Shown one piece after another: positions 1-12,464 of a stretch of DNA of 64,000 nucleotides (positions within the stretch are counted from its first letter, which is position 1; every line of letters starts with the position of its first letter). Below the pieces are notes generated by a model that saw nothing but the letters and a program-made list of their open reading frames with translations, ran no database searches and was not told the origin of the DNA. The DNA lies in NCBI GenBank assembly GCA_964526835.1, contig CAZGMK010000015.1, positions 3,983 through 67,982 of the forward strand, in the 5' to 3' direction. This DNA comes from an uncultured Ignavibacteriales bacterium (GTDB lineage Bacteria > Zixibacteria > MSB-5A5 > GN15 > FEB-12). The position numbers and the translations under genes are program-made.

Positions 1-741
1 ATTAGAGAAGTGTACATTGTGAATCTCGATACTTCCAATGTCCCGGAACCAGACCGGTGGGCTTCCTGAGCTGCAGTTGAACCCGGAGAAGCTGCAATTC
101 GAAATCGAGACATCCCAGGCGCCTGTCCTGACTGAAAGAAACTCAATCCCCTGGACATTACTAGCACCAAGAAAAGTGCAGTTGTCGAGACGAAGGTGTC
201 CGGCCCGCATCGACAGCATGTCGTGGTCATTGTTGACGAACTGGCAGTGGGTCAGGTTGAAGACGGATTCCTGCAGTTCGGTGCTCGTCGGCCCACCCTG
301 AAATGTACTGGAGAAGCGTCCCTGGCCGGCGAAAATGACCGGGTCGCCCGGTCTACCGGTAGCGGCAATATTCCCGTTGACTATCAGTGCCGTCCCGTGG
401 TTGATCTGTATCACAAACGGGTCACCCCCGCCCCAGGAATTGTCAAGTGTCAATGTACCCCAGTTCAATACCGTTCCATCGCTGTTGTATTCATTCTCGA
501 TAGTGACACCCATCTCTATTACGAACGGTGGGCCGGGGGGATCGCCAACGCAGGAACCAAACTCATTTTGGTAACCCCGAGTTAGCATCAACCCCTCGCC
601 GGTAAGTACCAGAGGTTCGACTTTATAGGTGAGAGGATCGCACTCGAGAAGAACACGATTCAGGTACACAACGGTGTGGCCTGACTCAGAAGCCGCAAGC
701 AGGAAAATAGCGGCTGCAAAAGTGCAAAAGATACTGCGCAT
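1..741 (-). CDS. Secreted right-handed parallel beta-helix (pectin-lyase-like) protein, 3' end runs off the window
   Basis: Manual translation from ATG at 741 is open to base 1: MRSIFCTFAAAIFLLAASESG... (signal-peptide-like) then FNLTHCQFVNN, LRLDNCTFLG, VSISNCSFSGF, IEIHNVHFSN, which are typical beta-helix rungs. Absent from the ORF track because no stop lies in the window. Confidence 0.75.
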   Translation of the reverse strand, partial: MRSIFCTFAAAIFLLAASESGHTVVYLNRVLLECDPLTYKVEPLVLTGEGLMLTRGYQNEFGSCVGDPPGPPFVIEMGVTIENEYNSDGTVLNWGTLTLDNSWGGGDPFVIQINHGTALIVNGNIAATGRPGDPVIFAGQGRFSSTFQGGPTSTELQESVFNLTHCQFVNNDHDMLSMRAGHLRLDNCTFLGASNVQGIEFLSVRTGAWDVSISNCSFSGFNCSSGSPPVWFRDIGSIEIHNVHFSN

Positions 742-983
742 ATGAATTCGTCTCCTGCGGTAGTTGGGGCCGTGCGCGAGTCTCTCGTCACTGTCGCAGA
801 GGAGTTACCGGCGAAGGCAGGCGCTCCTGCATTACTCGATGGCAGATTCGAAGATTCCTGCAGCTGGCGGCCGCTGAATCGCTTTGTCCTAAATATAAGC
901 GCATGTACAGAATTGTCCACGTATTATAGACATAGCTTGGGGAATTCCCTAAAACATGTTAATGGCAGATCGTCTTCGCGGAG

Positions 984-1310
984 CTACATGCGATGATCGT
1001 CCGAATATCCTGCAGGGGGCGACAAGCACTGGAGAAGGCGACTCAGATCGGGCGATATCTGTTCATATACCGGACCACCAGATGTGGGCCTGGACGCTAT
1101 CTGGAGGGCACTTGCAGGCTTTTTCCCCGGGTGTCCTCGGCAATTGCCCAGGAATGCTTCGTCCATCGGTACTCGCGCTTTGTGGTTGGTGCAATTGGAG
1201 ATGATCTTGGGAATCACAGCCGTGATTACTGCGAGAATCACGCTGCCGGTGATCCCGGCGGAGAGACTCTCCGATGTCTGATCGTCGTTAAGTTGGCCAC
1301 GCTGGTGCAC
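984..1310 (-). CDS. Possible small protein with one hydrophobic segment
   Basis: 108-aa ORF co-oriented with neighbours; one hydrophobic stretch (AGITGSVILAVITAVIP); no recognisable family. Confidence 0.3.
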   Translation of the reverse strand: MHQRGQLNDDQTSESLSAGITGSVILAVITAVIPKIISNCTNHKARVPMDEAFLGNCRGHPGKKPASALQIASRPTSGGPVYEQISPDLSRLLQCLSPPAGYSDDHRM

Positions 1311-1402
1311 TGGGGTCGAGGTGAACTAGCGCAATGCTTCGAGCATGTCATTCTCAATTGGCTGAGGGTCGTGCCGCGCCCCAGGTGGTGTGAGCCGCGG
1401 AG

Positions 1403-1870
1403 CTAAGCAGCCACATCTATTGCCATGATGATATAGTCGTCGCGGACGCGTTCAAAGATGCGCCAGCCCAGGCGCTCGTAATACTCCGGAATGTCCGTGC
1501 CGAGGTACAGGCGCTTCACCCCGAGCCGACGTGCTCCAACGACGCATTCGTTTACGAGCTGCGAACCGATGCCGAGTTTGCGATACTCCGGCAGCACCAA
1601 AAGCGCCGCCAGCCAGGGGGACAGGTCGGAACGCTCGTCGTTGTCGCATGCGATCAGGTTGACTGTCCCGACTGGCTGACCGTCGACCAGAGCCAGCCAG
1701 GACATCGGGATCTCCGAATCGCTGATCGCCTCACGCAGTCGCGCTTCGAGCCACTCCGGCGAGGCTTCGGGCTTGTCGGTCCAAAACTCATCATAGATCC
1801 ACCGGGCGACGCGCTTGAAATGCTCGGGACGTTTGTGAAGGTGAGTGATGGTTCTCATGTGCTTGGTCAT
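1403..1870 (-). CDS. GNAT family N-acetyltransferase
   Basis: Acetyl-CoA motif LLVLPEYRKLGIGSQLV and C-terminal YYERLGW; 155 aa. Confidence 0.92.
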   Translation of the reverse strand: MTKHMRTITHLHKRPEHFKRVARWIYDEFWTDKPEASPEWLEARLREAISDSEIPMSWLALVDGQPVGTVNLIACDNDERSDLSPWLAALLVLPEYRKLGIGSQLVNECVVGARRLGVKRLYLGTDIPEYYERLGWRIFERVRDDYIIMAIDVAA

Positions 1871-1919
1871 TCAGGGCTGACGAGTTGAGGTCAAGTTTGC
1901 CGATATCCGTGAGTCCAGC

Positions 1920-2618
1920 TTAGAACGGCAACCCGTCGCGGTTGTCATCATCGGGCTTATAGGCCGAGTCCTTACCGAATCCGCCCGCAGCCCCGACCAC
2001 AAAACCAAAGTACCATTCATTGTCCTGCAGAACGACCGAAGGGCCTGCCACTATGCTGGTTCTCGACGACATGTCGAAGTAGCCCGTCACTGATATGGTG
2101 CCGAAAGTGACCTCTTCTGATCCCCTGCCACTGACGTTAGTCCCACTCTGCCCCACCCCGTAGGATAACCACAGTCGCGAGCCGCTGCCGAGTTCGACAC
2201 CGTGATGCAACAGCGCGTTGACACTGTATACCGTGATGTCACGGTCAACCGTCCAGAAAATATGGTCACCGTGCTGGCCGACATAGTAGGACTGCTCCTC
2301 TTCTGTGCTCGCCCAGCGATGCGATCCTCCTACTGTCAGTGCGACCGGACCGACCCGGCCGGATGGACGAATCAGATACAGATCGATCCCGAATCCCCAC
2401 GCATCGGGGCCCCCTTCGGTGTGGCTTATGATCGCATCAATGTCGGCACGCCCGAGCACCGAAGCGGAGGCACTCAGGCCGATACTCCAGATACCCTCGA
2501 CTCGGGTGTAGCCGCCGGCGAATCCTATCCCGCTCTGACCGTCATCAAGCGCCAGTGACTGCCCCAATGCAGCTCCCGCCAAACACAAGATGATCAACGT
2601 GATTGATGCGCACCGCAT
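1920..2618 (-). CDS. Secreted, probably outer-membrane beta-barrel protein
   Basis: Start moved to MRCASITLIILCLAGAALG (GGAG upstream); signal peptide; alternating Gly/aromatic beta-strands. Confidence 0.6.
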   Translation of the reverse strand: MRCASITLIILCLAGAALGQSLALDDGQSGIGFAGGYTRVEGIWSIGLSASASVLGRADIDAIISHTEGGPDAWGFGIDLYLIRPSGRVGPVALTVGGSHRWASTEEEQSYYVGQHGDHIFWTVDRDITVYSVNALLHHGVELGSGSRLWLSYGVGQSGTNVSGRGSEEVTFGTISVTGYFDMSSRTSIVAGPSVVLQDNEWYFGFVVGAAGGFGKDSAYKPDDDNRDGLPF

Positions 2619-2867
2619 ACTCGGTTCTCCTTCGCTGCAACCTAGTTTCCGCCCCATTATAGCCTAAGGCCCGAGAGACTCCTATAGATTTCTGCAACTC
2701 TCCCCTTGAGTACTTGGCAGGTGTCCCGTCTGCCGCCTCTCCTCCGCTAAGCCCTGCGTCGGCCTGGTACAGTGCTGATGTGCGCGCACATGTACAGGTG
2801 TAAGCAGGCCGCGAATCACAACATCGCCTCGTGGTCCCGTGGGCTTCGCGTGACAGCGGAATAGGAC

Positions 2868-3609
2868 CTAAATCAGATTAGTGTCAACTGTGTATCCCGC
2901 GGCCTTGAGTTCATTGGCCAACTGGTATTCCCATCCGGAGTCGTCGAGCGTGATGTACATGAGACCTGCGAGATCAGAGGGCTGCTCGAAGTCCTTTGGG
3001 GCTGGTTCTATGCGCCACACCTTGTTTCTTCCGAGTCTTCCTATGAAATATCCAAGTTCGAGTATTACGTTCTGTCTTGCCCTTGGCTTTAGTTGACAAC
3101 CCCCACCCGCAAGTCTACCTTCATCATCGGCACTTAATACGACCACCGCAAAGCCGCAGTTGCTAGACAGCTTCTCGAATTTCTCAATCAAGGTGTTTCC
3201 CTCGTTTGCGGACTCTTATCAGTATAACTGGCTTAAGTCCCAAGCGCGCGACTACAAGTTGAACCTGAGCTATGTTACCCTCATTCCGTCCGTGAACAAT
3301 GAAGACAGGGTCATCATTAGACAGCGAGCGAATTTCGCTTGTTCCAGAGCCGAACATGCTGATTTCCTTCTCTGATCTATCTTCATTCTCAGCGCTGGGG
3401 TTAAGTGTGAACGCTTGCTCGCTGATTGGTCCACGGTCGCGTCGGAATCGAGGAACTAATCCAGGTTTGGGTATGATGCGCCCTCCCTTAGCAAGAGCCT
3501 TCACAAAAGCTCGCAGATCGGCAGGCGAGCTGAAGAAGTTGTCCTCAAGGTCCGGAAGCCCCAAGTACTCATTCGGCCACTGAAGAAATAAATGGTAATA
3601 GAGCTCCAC
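2868..3609 (-). pseudogene. TIR-like nucleotide-binding domain protein (Cap12/Pycsar-effector-like TIR), split by a one-base frameshift
   Basis: ORF 3184-3609 ends ...PVFIVHGRN...LGLKPVIL. After one extra base near 3216-3219 the other frame reads ESANEGNTLIEKFEK...FAVVVLSADD...ARQNVILELGYFIGRLGR...PSDLAG, the continuous family pattern. Confidence 0.8.
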
Positions 3610-3985
3610 TATATCTTACACGCAACGACGGTCCGTCCGGATTCCAGGCCCCAGCCAATCTCTCGTAAGTCGCTCTTGTGCAAAGGAACTCGGATGCATG
3701 TGGACTGAGTCGTTTGGAGACTAACCCAAATCGAATCGAGCGGTTATGCGTATCGCTTGACAGTCCACCATCCTTGTCGTAGTCAGTCATCTCCTCTGAT
3801 GTCTTGACGATGAAGTCGAGCGATACAATCGCTATATCTACTATCATCAGAAAATCTGTAGACGACGGGGAAGCGTCCCGGGAGCGTTCGTGTGTCATCC
3901 ACTATCTCACTTGTCACCAGGAACCGTCGGGGCCGGCACCTCACCATGGTCACGGTCCGTTCGAAAAAGAGGTTTCTTCTCACCC

Positions 3986-6982
<2,997 letters not shown>

Positions 6983-7043
6983 AGTTTCTCTCTATGATGT
7001 TATTCACGTTCAGGATACGAAAATTCAAAACATTGCGCAATTC

Positions 7044-7073
7044 AGTATACTCCGGGCTTGGGATGTAGTTCAA
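7044..7073 (-). promoter_or_regulatory. Candidate sigma70 promoter for secA
   Basis: Minus strand TTGAAC-N18-TATACT, ~60 nt upstream of the start codon. Confidence 0.5.
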
Positions 7074-7127
7074 CCGCGAGTAGCGATGGTTGGAAGGCCG
7101 CCGGCCAGCGCGGCCGTGCGCCCCCGC

Positions 7128-7390
7128 GGCGAAATATCTTTCGCCCATGACGGCCATTACACATCAGCCTGAGCCTCTTCCCACGTCAGCTAGTAGGTCA
7201 GGACCCTTGCGGTCCTGACACTGGAAGTTAGCTTCCGCCCGGGCGCCGGGCTCAAATCTCTTTGGGCCCGACGTCCATCTCCTCGACCAGACCGTAGGGG
7301 CGAAAAATCTTTCGCCCATGACGGCCATTACACATCAGCCTGAGCCTCTTCCCACGTCAGCTAGTAGGTCAGGACCCTCGCGGTCCTGAC
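7128..7390. repeat. 92-bp direct repeat (7128-7219, 7299-7390) containing REP-like hairpins
   Basis: Copies differ at 2 of 92 positions; hairpins GGCGAAA-n4-TTTCGCC and GTAG-GTCAGGACC-n5-GGTCCTGAC. A second repeat CGCCCGGGCGCCGGG(C/T)TCAAA occurs at 7236-7256 and 7422-7442. Confidence 0.9.
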
Positions 7391-7498
7391 TCCGCACCAA
7401 CCTCCGCCCAGGTCATTCCCGCGCCCGGGCGCCGGGTTCAAACTCCGTCTGGGACCGACTCTCCTACCCCAGACGTAGTTTGCCGTGCTGTCCCTTCC

Positions 7499-10039
7499 TC
7501 AATCCCCAAGATCTTCTTTAGGCGTCACATTCTCAAATAGGGGCCGATATTCTTCGACACTCAGAACAGTATCATAGAGGCCAACATCTTCGCCTTCATG
7601 CTTATTGATCCCTGTATATCGCAGGCTCGAGTCCTCATAGCGCTTGAATTTGTAGACCGCATCGTTCATCAGCCCGCTATTGAACACATCCAAACTCACC
7701 AGTAGCTCGAAATCCTTGACGCTCAGCCCGGTGACCCTCTTGAATAACCCAGGCTCAAGCTGCGTAATGACATCCCGCAGGCACCTTTCTCGATAATCGG
7801 TGAGATACATGAAGACCGGAATCCGCGTGGCGAATTTGATGAGCTTCTCCTGGACCTGCTTGCGCTTACTCTTGTACTCCTTCTCCGCCTCGGTCAGCTT
7901 CTTCTTCTCGTCGGCGCTCAGGTCCTCGTCGTTCTTATCCTTCCGCATGCGCTTCACGGCTTCCGACTTGTTGATGATGGTCTCTATGTCCTGATTCAAC
8001 GATCGAAACCCCTCTATGCTCATCAACGCGTCCATGGCAGCCTCATTGGCCATCAGGCGCTGAAGCGTGCTGTTGTCGACGTTTACCAGAAGTGCGCTCT
8101 CCCATCGATTCGCCAACAGGGTAGCCGAAGTCCCACTCATCGCCATGTCGAGAACGCCGGCCGCATCAACCTGCTTCATTGAGCTGCCGTCATAGGCCAG
8201 CACGGGAAGGAACTTGATGAACTCCTCAACCTTCTTCTCCGGATTGGGCTCTTCGATGTTCAGACGGCAACTGTATTCAGCGATCTGACGCAAGGCCCGC
8301 TCGGGCGCAAAGTCGAACACATAGCATTCTCTCTTTATGATCTCTTCACGGTTGGGATCAGTATAGTCGGGGTTCACAACCGTCCAGGGAGACTGTACCC
8401 GAAACGCCGCCTGGAAGTATGTCTCCGGACTCGATGAATTCCGAAGCATGAAGATACCGGTCCATGGTCGAACAGTCACTCCTGTCGTCAACTTACCGCA
8501 AGAAAGAGTGATCGTCTTTGTCTTCAACGGATCGCCCATCGCCTCCAGAACTGGGGGCAGCGCTCTGGGACCTATTCCGGCCTCACTACCTGCTGCGACG
8601 ATCACCCGATAGTCATGATAGAACCGATTCTGTTTCTGACCCATCAGGTTGCGCATGGCGTAGCACGATGCGATGCTCGGAAAAAACCAGAAGGTATGTG
8701 ACAGCACGTTCAGAAGCCGCACATCCGAGAAGGGCATCGGCGGTTTCTTAGCGCCCAGTTTCAGATTGTCGACTGATGTCTCAAGAAATCCCCCTCGTAT
8801 TAGGTCAAGCCACTTCTGCACCTCTTCTTCATACTTGAACTTGGCGCCCTCGCCGTTTCCCTCGGCTGAGAAGAAGGTATTCAGGTCAAACTCCTCGAAC
8901 TCACCCTCCGATGCAATCTCGCGAATCGAATCTGGCAACTGGTACGTCATCAATACCATTCGAGGCAGCGGAGCGTATGGGTTTGGCTCGCCTTTCCACT
9001 CCTCCTTAGCCCTTTGCTCATCGGAGTAAGTCCAGTTGAAAATCTGCTCCTCGATGAACTCACCCGACGCGATGGCCCGGAACGGGGTGCCGGAGAGATA
9101 AAGATAGGCATCTGTCGTGATGGGTATGATATCCTCGTCGAAATGCTTAAGCCCCGCCCCTTCTCCAAACTCCCTTTCCTTACTCTCTTCCGCCTCGAAC
9201 AGCTCCTTGGCGGTTTCTCGCCAGGCGCCATAGTGGTATTCGTCAAATACGATGCAATCCCAGTTGATCGCATGAACCCACTCGTTCTTGACTTTGATGC
9301 CGCCCGTGCTCCGGTTCTTACCCAAATAATCCTGAAACGAACCAAAGCAGACAAACGGTCTGCTCTTATCGGCCTCTTCATACGATAGGCCGTCCGGGCA
9401 TATGAACTGCCATCCGTCAAAGTCAATGTGGCGCTTCAGATCATCACCCCAGGCGTGCTCCACCGCGGGCTTGAAGGTCAATACCAGCACCTTTCGCCAG
9501 CCCATCTCCCTGGCCAGTTGATAAGCCGCGAAAGTCTTGCCGAATCGCATCTTGGCATTCCAAAGGAAGTGCGGCGACTTGTCGGGGTTCTCTTCCTGCA
9601 TTACCCGTAAATACGACGCCGTCCTCGCGACAGCGGCCTTCTGCTCCGGCCGCATTTCAAAGTCGAGAGTACGATCTTGGTCGAGAATCCCTGCCCCGCC
9701 CTCGCGCACGGCCACGATGGCCGCCTTGACATCATCTGCCGTACATGCAAACCACTCGCCATCGGGATTATCAAACCCGCGAAGGCGCAGGCATCGATGG
9801 ACTTCATGATCCGTGAAAGAAGTTCCGTCTCGCCTCATCGCCGGCTCTTCTATTACTATCCGATACGGCAACTTGCCGGGTCGCTTGGTCGGATACTGCT
9901 GAGCGACACGTGCTCTAACATCGCCGGTAGTGTATCCTACCTTCAGCAGCCCGTCATACTGGGGATTGGTGTCCGCGTATGCGTAAATGGTCGGCTTCGT
10001 GTCGGGCCGTTGTGGGAAGAAGTCCTCAGCCAACTTCAC
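7499..10039 (-). CDS. GIY-YIG/T5orf172-like nuclease fused to an SF2 (type III Res-like) helicase
   Basis: N-terminal IYAY...LLKVGYT...GEWF; Walker A variant AKMRFGKT; FDEYH; YFQAAFRVQ. GTG start overlaps the upstream TAG (TAGTG). Confidence 0.88.
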   Translation of the reverse strand: MKLAEDFFPQRPDTKPTIYAYADTNPQYDGLLKVGYTTGDVRARVAQQYPTKRPGKLPYRIVIEEPAMRRDGTSFTDHEVHRCLRLRGFDNPDGEWFACTADDVKAAIVAVREGGAGILDQDRTLDFEMRPEQKAAVARTASYLRVMQEENPDKSPHFLWNAKMRFGKTFAAYQLAREMGWRKVLVLTFKPAVEHAWGDDLKRHIDFDGWQFICPDGLSYEEADKSRPFVCFGSFQDYLGKNRSTGGIKVKNEWVHAINWDCIVFDEYHYGAWRETAKELFEAEESKEREFGEGAGLKHFDEDIIPITTDAYLYLSGTPFRAIASGEFIEEQIFNWTYSDEQRAKEEWKGEPNPYAPLPRMVLMTYQLPDSIREIASEGEFEEFDLNTFFSAEGNGEGAKFKYEEEVQKWLDLIRGGFLETSVDNLKLGAKKPPMPFSDVRLLNVLSHTFWFFPSIASCYAMRNLMGQKQNRFYHDYRVIVAAGSEAGIGPRALPPVLEAMGDPLKTKTITLSCGKLTTGVTVRPWTGIFMLRNSSSPETYFQAAFRVQSPWTVVNPDYTDPNREEIIKRECYVFDFAPERALRQIAEYSCRLNIEEPNPEKKVEEFIKFLPVLAYDGSSMKQVDAAGVLDMAMSGTSATLLANRWESALLVNVDNSTLQRLMANEAAMDALMSIEGFRSLNQDIETIINKSEAVKRMRKDKNDEDLSADEKKKLTEAEKEYKSKRKQVQEKLIKFATRIPVFMYLTDYRERCLRDVITQLEPGLFKRVTGLSVKDFELLVSLDVFNSGLMNDAVYKFKRYEDSSLRYTGINKHEGEDVGLYDTVLSVEEYRPLFENVTPKEDLGD

Positions 10040-11535
10040 TACTCCATCGGGCGAATCTTGGATTCGATGAAAGCGATCTCTTCCTCAGTCAGCTCGTAGC
10101 GCTTGTAGAGCTCTTCATCGGTCCAGGTTCGGCTCATATCCAATATGGGCACGAACGAATAGGCTTCCTTGGTCAAATGATGAGAATACATGAACTGAGA
10201 CACCAAAAAGCGGAAGAAGCGCGTCTTCATATACTCCACGAGGTTCTGCGCCTGAACTTCGTCTTGGTAACTCCCGATTACGAGATAGGTTTCCGTGCAT
10301 ACAGTACCGGGCGGCAGTACATCGATCTTGGACAATACCCGCCTTCTACCATCCTTGCCCGGATTGCCGGCATGATCGTATCCAACATATGAAGTAATTA
10401 CCTTCCACTTGTCGATGATCTCCTCCCCTGCCGTGACGTCCTTTCGGCTCAAGGGTCCCTCACCCTTTTGCCAGCGAAGTGTTATGTCACCATTCTTCAC
10501 TGGTCTCACACTGGTCGCCAAGCCGAAGGGCTTTCTACTGGAAACCTGCGCACTCATGCGCTGCTCGTGCACTGCAAGTACCTTCCGGATGATGGGTACC
10601 GCCCGGCCGTGCCGAATAAAGGTCTCGAACTCGTTCAGCCGCCTGAGGGATGCGGATGTTGCGTCGGCATGTGCGTTTACTACTTCGCACGGCCCTTTCG
10701 AATCCCTCTCCCAAAGGAAGTAACAGATGCCACCTGCGATGTCCACACCCGGAAAACAGTCGTTTGCGTCTTCAAAGTCCACCATCTTTCTGATTCGCTC
10801 GTCATTCAGCATCTCTTCGCGAAATGCATTCAGCCCTTTACCGCCGCCAAACCAGCGGGCCGGGATAATCATGGTCAGGAATCTCGGGTTGAGCTTCTTT
10901 GCCTGTTGCACGAATCGATGGTAGATTGGGGTGGCGCTGCGGCCGAAGCCTCCGTCGCTGAGATGGTACGGTGGGTTACCTACTATCACGTCGAACTTCA
11001 TATCTATTATCGACTCCGGGTTTTCAGTGTGGATAAACTCGTACGCGTGAGTTTCCAGCTCTGTTCCGCGCTCGTAATTCGCCTCGCTGGCGCCGCAGAA
11101 CGCGCAACGGCCGTTCTCCCACGTGTGATCGATCCGCTCAAAGCGGATATTCCCATCGCTGTTATCAAATGAGTCGCAGACGGAGTACTTCCCATCAGCC
11201 GCCTTGGAACAATAGACACTCCTGCGAGACAGCAACCCTGTCAGTTCGGTAATCGCAATCCCGAACAACTGGTTCTTCAGGATATGGTCGACCCTCCTCT
11301 GCTTGTCCGGAATCTGCTGTTCCAGTCCGCGGTCCAACCGCTTGGCGGCTTCCCTTAGAAATACGCCCGTCTTGCACACGGGATCAAGGAAGGTGGTGTT
11401 CTTATCGTGCCAGATTTCTTCGGGCAGCAGGTCCAGGACCTTATTCGCCATCTGTGGCGGAGTGAATACTTCATCGCTGCTAAGATTGGCGAGACAACTC
11501 AGTACGTCTGGATTATGTTGAGTGCTATTCAGCAT
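10039..11535 (-). CDS. Eco57I-like amino-DNA methyltransferase with C-terminal target-recognition region
   Basis: DEVFTP, motif I FLDPVCKTGVFL, motif IV FDVIVGNPPY, FPGVDIAGGICYFLW. Confidence 0.9.
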   Translation of the reverse strand: MLNSTQHNPDVLSCLANLSSDEVFTPPQMANKVLDLLPEEIWHDKNTTFLDPVCKTGVFLREAAKRLDRGLEQQIPDKQRRVDHILKNQLFGIAITELTGLLSRRSVYCSKAADGKYSVCDSFDNSDGNIRFERIDHTWENGRCAFCGASEANYERGTELETHAYEFIHTENPESIIDMKFDVIVGNPPYHLSDGGFGRSATPIYHRFVQQAKKLNPRFLTMIIPARWFGGGKGLNAFREEMLNDERIRKMVDFEDANDCFPGVDIAGGICYFLWERDSKGPCEVVNAHADATSASLRRLNEFETFIRHGRAVPIIRKVLAVHEQRMSAQVSSRKPFGLATSVRPVKNGDITLRWQKGEGPLSRKDVTAGEEIIDKWKVITSYVGYDHAGNPGKDGRRRVLSKIDVLPPGTVCTETYLVIGSYQDEVQAQNLVEYMKTRFFRFLVSQFMYSHHLTKEAYSFVPILDMSRTWTDEELYKRYELTEEEIAFIESKIRPME

Positions 11536-12190
11536 CGGCCACCCTGAGGAAGTGAGTCAATGGATAAACCTTTTCCGGCGTCGGAATGAAGACATCGTCT
11601 CCCAGATCCGAGAACAACGGGAGTTCCCGCATTGATTCGTGGTCCAGCAGACCATGAAATGTATAATCTCTCCGTTTAAGCATGCTTCCATTAACTGCGG
11701 ACCACTCGGAGAACACAATCGGCTCCGGGTTCTCACCAACAGTCTTAAGGGTCAGGGCATCACCCCAGACAATATTCCGCCGCAAAATGAAGCGTACCGT
11801 GCGACGGCAGTCCTCTCGGTCTGCGCCGACGAACAGCCCCGTGTACTTCCGGTCGAAGATATTGAACAGTCGTTCACGGCATCGCTGCACATTGTCCTCA
11901 AGAATATCTATGCCATATATGCTGCATGCAGCCACCACGGCGTTGCGTTCGAAATCAAACTGGCTCTTGCGATATCTCTGCTCAACCACCCCGAGCTTTC
12001 TCGTGAGCACTTCTGCAAGGAAATTCCCGGTGCCACAGGCCGGCTCGAGGAATCGCGACTCTATTCGCTCAGTCTCTTGCTTGACCATATCGAGCATGGC
12101 CTTCACCTCGCGCTCCCGAGTGTACACCTCCCCGTGATCGGCAACCCTCTGCTTTGAAACTACATATCTATCCATTTGCTCCGAGTCCAT
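11525..12190 (-). CDS. Short methyltransferase-like subunit (SAM-binding half, no catalytic NPPY)
   Basis: GEVYT, FLEPACGTGNFL, IYGIDI, NIVWGDAL; no N/DPPY-type motif in 221 aa; overlaps the next gene by 11 nt. Confidence 0.82.
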   Translation of the reverse strand: MDSEQMDRYVVSKQRVADHGEVYTREREVKAMLDMVKQETERIESRFLEPACGTGNFLAEVLTRKLGVVEQRYRKSQFDFERNAVVAACSIYGIDILEDNVQRCRERLFNIFDRKYTGLFVGADREDCRRTVRFILRRNIVWGDALTLKTVGENPEPIVFSEWSAVNGSMLKRRDYTFHGLLDHESMRELPLFSDLGDDVFIPTPEKVYPLTHFLRVADAE

Positions 12191-12464
12191 CTATCCTCAA
12201 GGCCAGCATTCGTCTGCTTCCCACTCCACTGAAGCACTCATTATGTCCGCCGCCGCCGGCAAAACCGTCCTTCCACGGTCGCAAGGTCACTTGCTCCCAC
12301 CACATGATGTAGTTTCCGTGGCCGGAAATCAATCCCCAATTCCTTCACAGCCGGCAACGGGTGTGGATATGTGACCTTCAACGGGTGTTTCCGCCCCCCA
12401 CTTCCCCTACAAACCCCCTCCAAAATTCGTCCCCGCGCCCCTTTAGAAAAAGGAGCGCGCAACC

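Noticed and set aside
1-3900. Integron cassette array (co-oriented small unrelated genes; TAGCTCCGCG follows both the 984 and 1403 stop codons)
   Set aside because: No RYYYAAC...GTTRRRY attC structures or integrase were found; the 10-mer alone may be chance.
7425-7460. tRNA or tRNA-derived att site (GGGTTCAAACTCC resembles a T-loop)
   Set aside because: T-stem pairing is imperfect and no cloverleaf can be built.
7128-7480. CRISPR array
   Set aside because: Only two 92-bp copies, unit too long, no cas genes.
12255-12325. c-di-GMP-I riboswitch (GGCAAAACCGT...ACGGTCGCAAG)
   Set aside because: Lacks the GNRA tetraloop/receptor and the conserved second stem; a covariance search would be needed.
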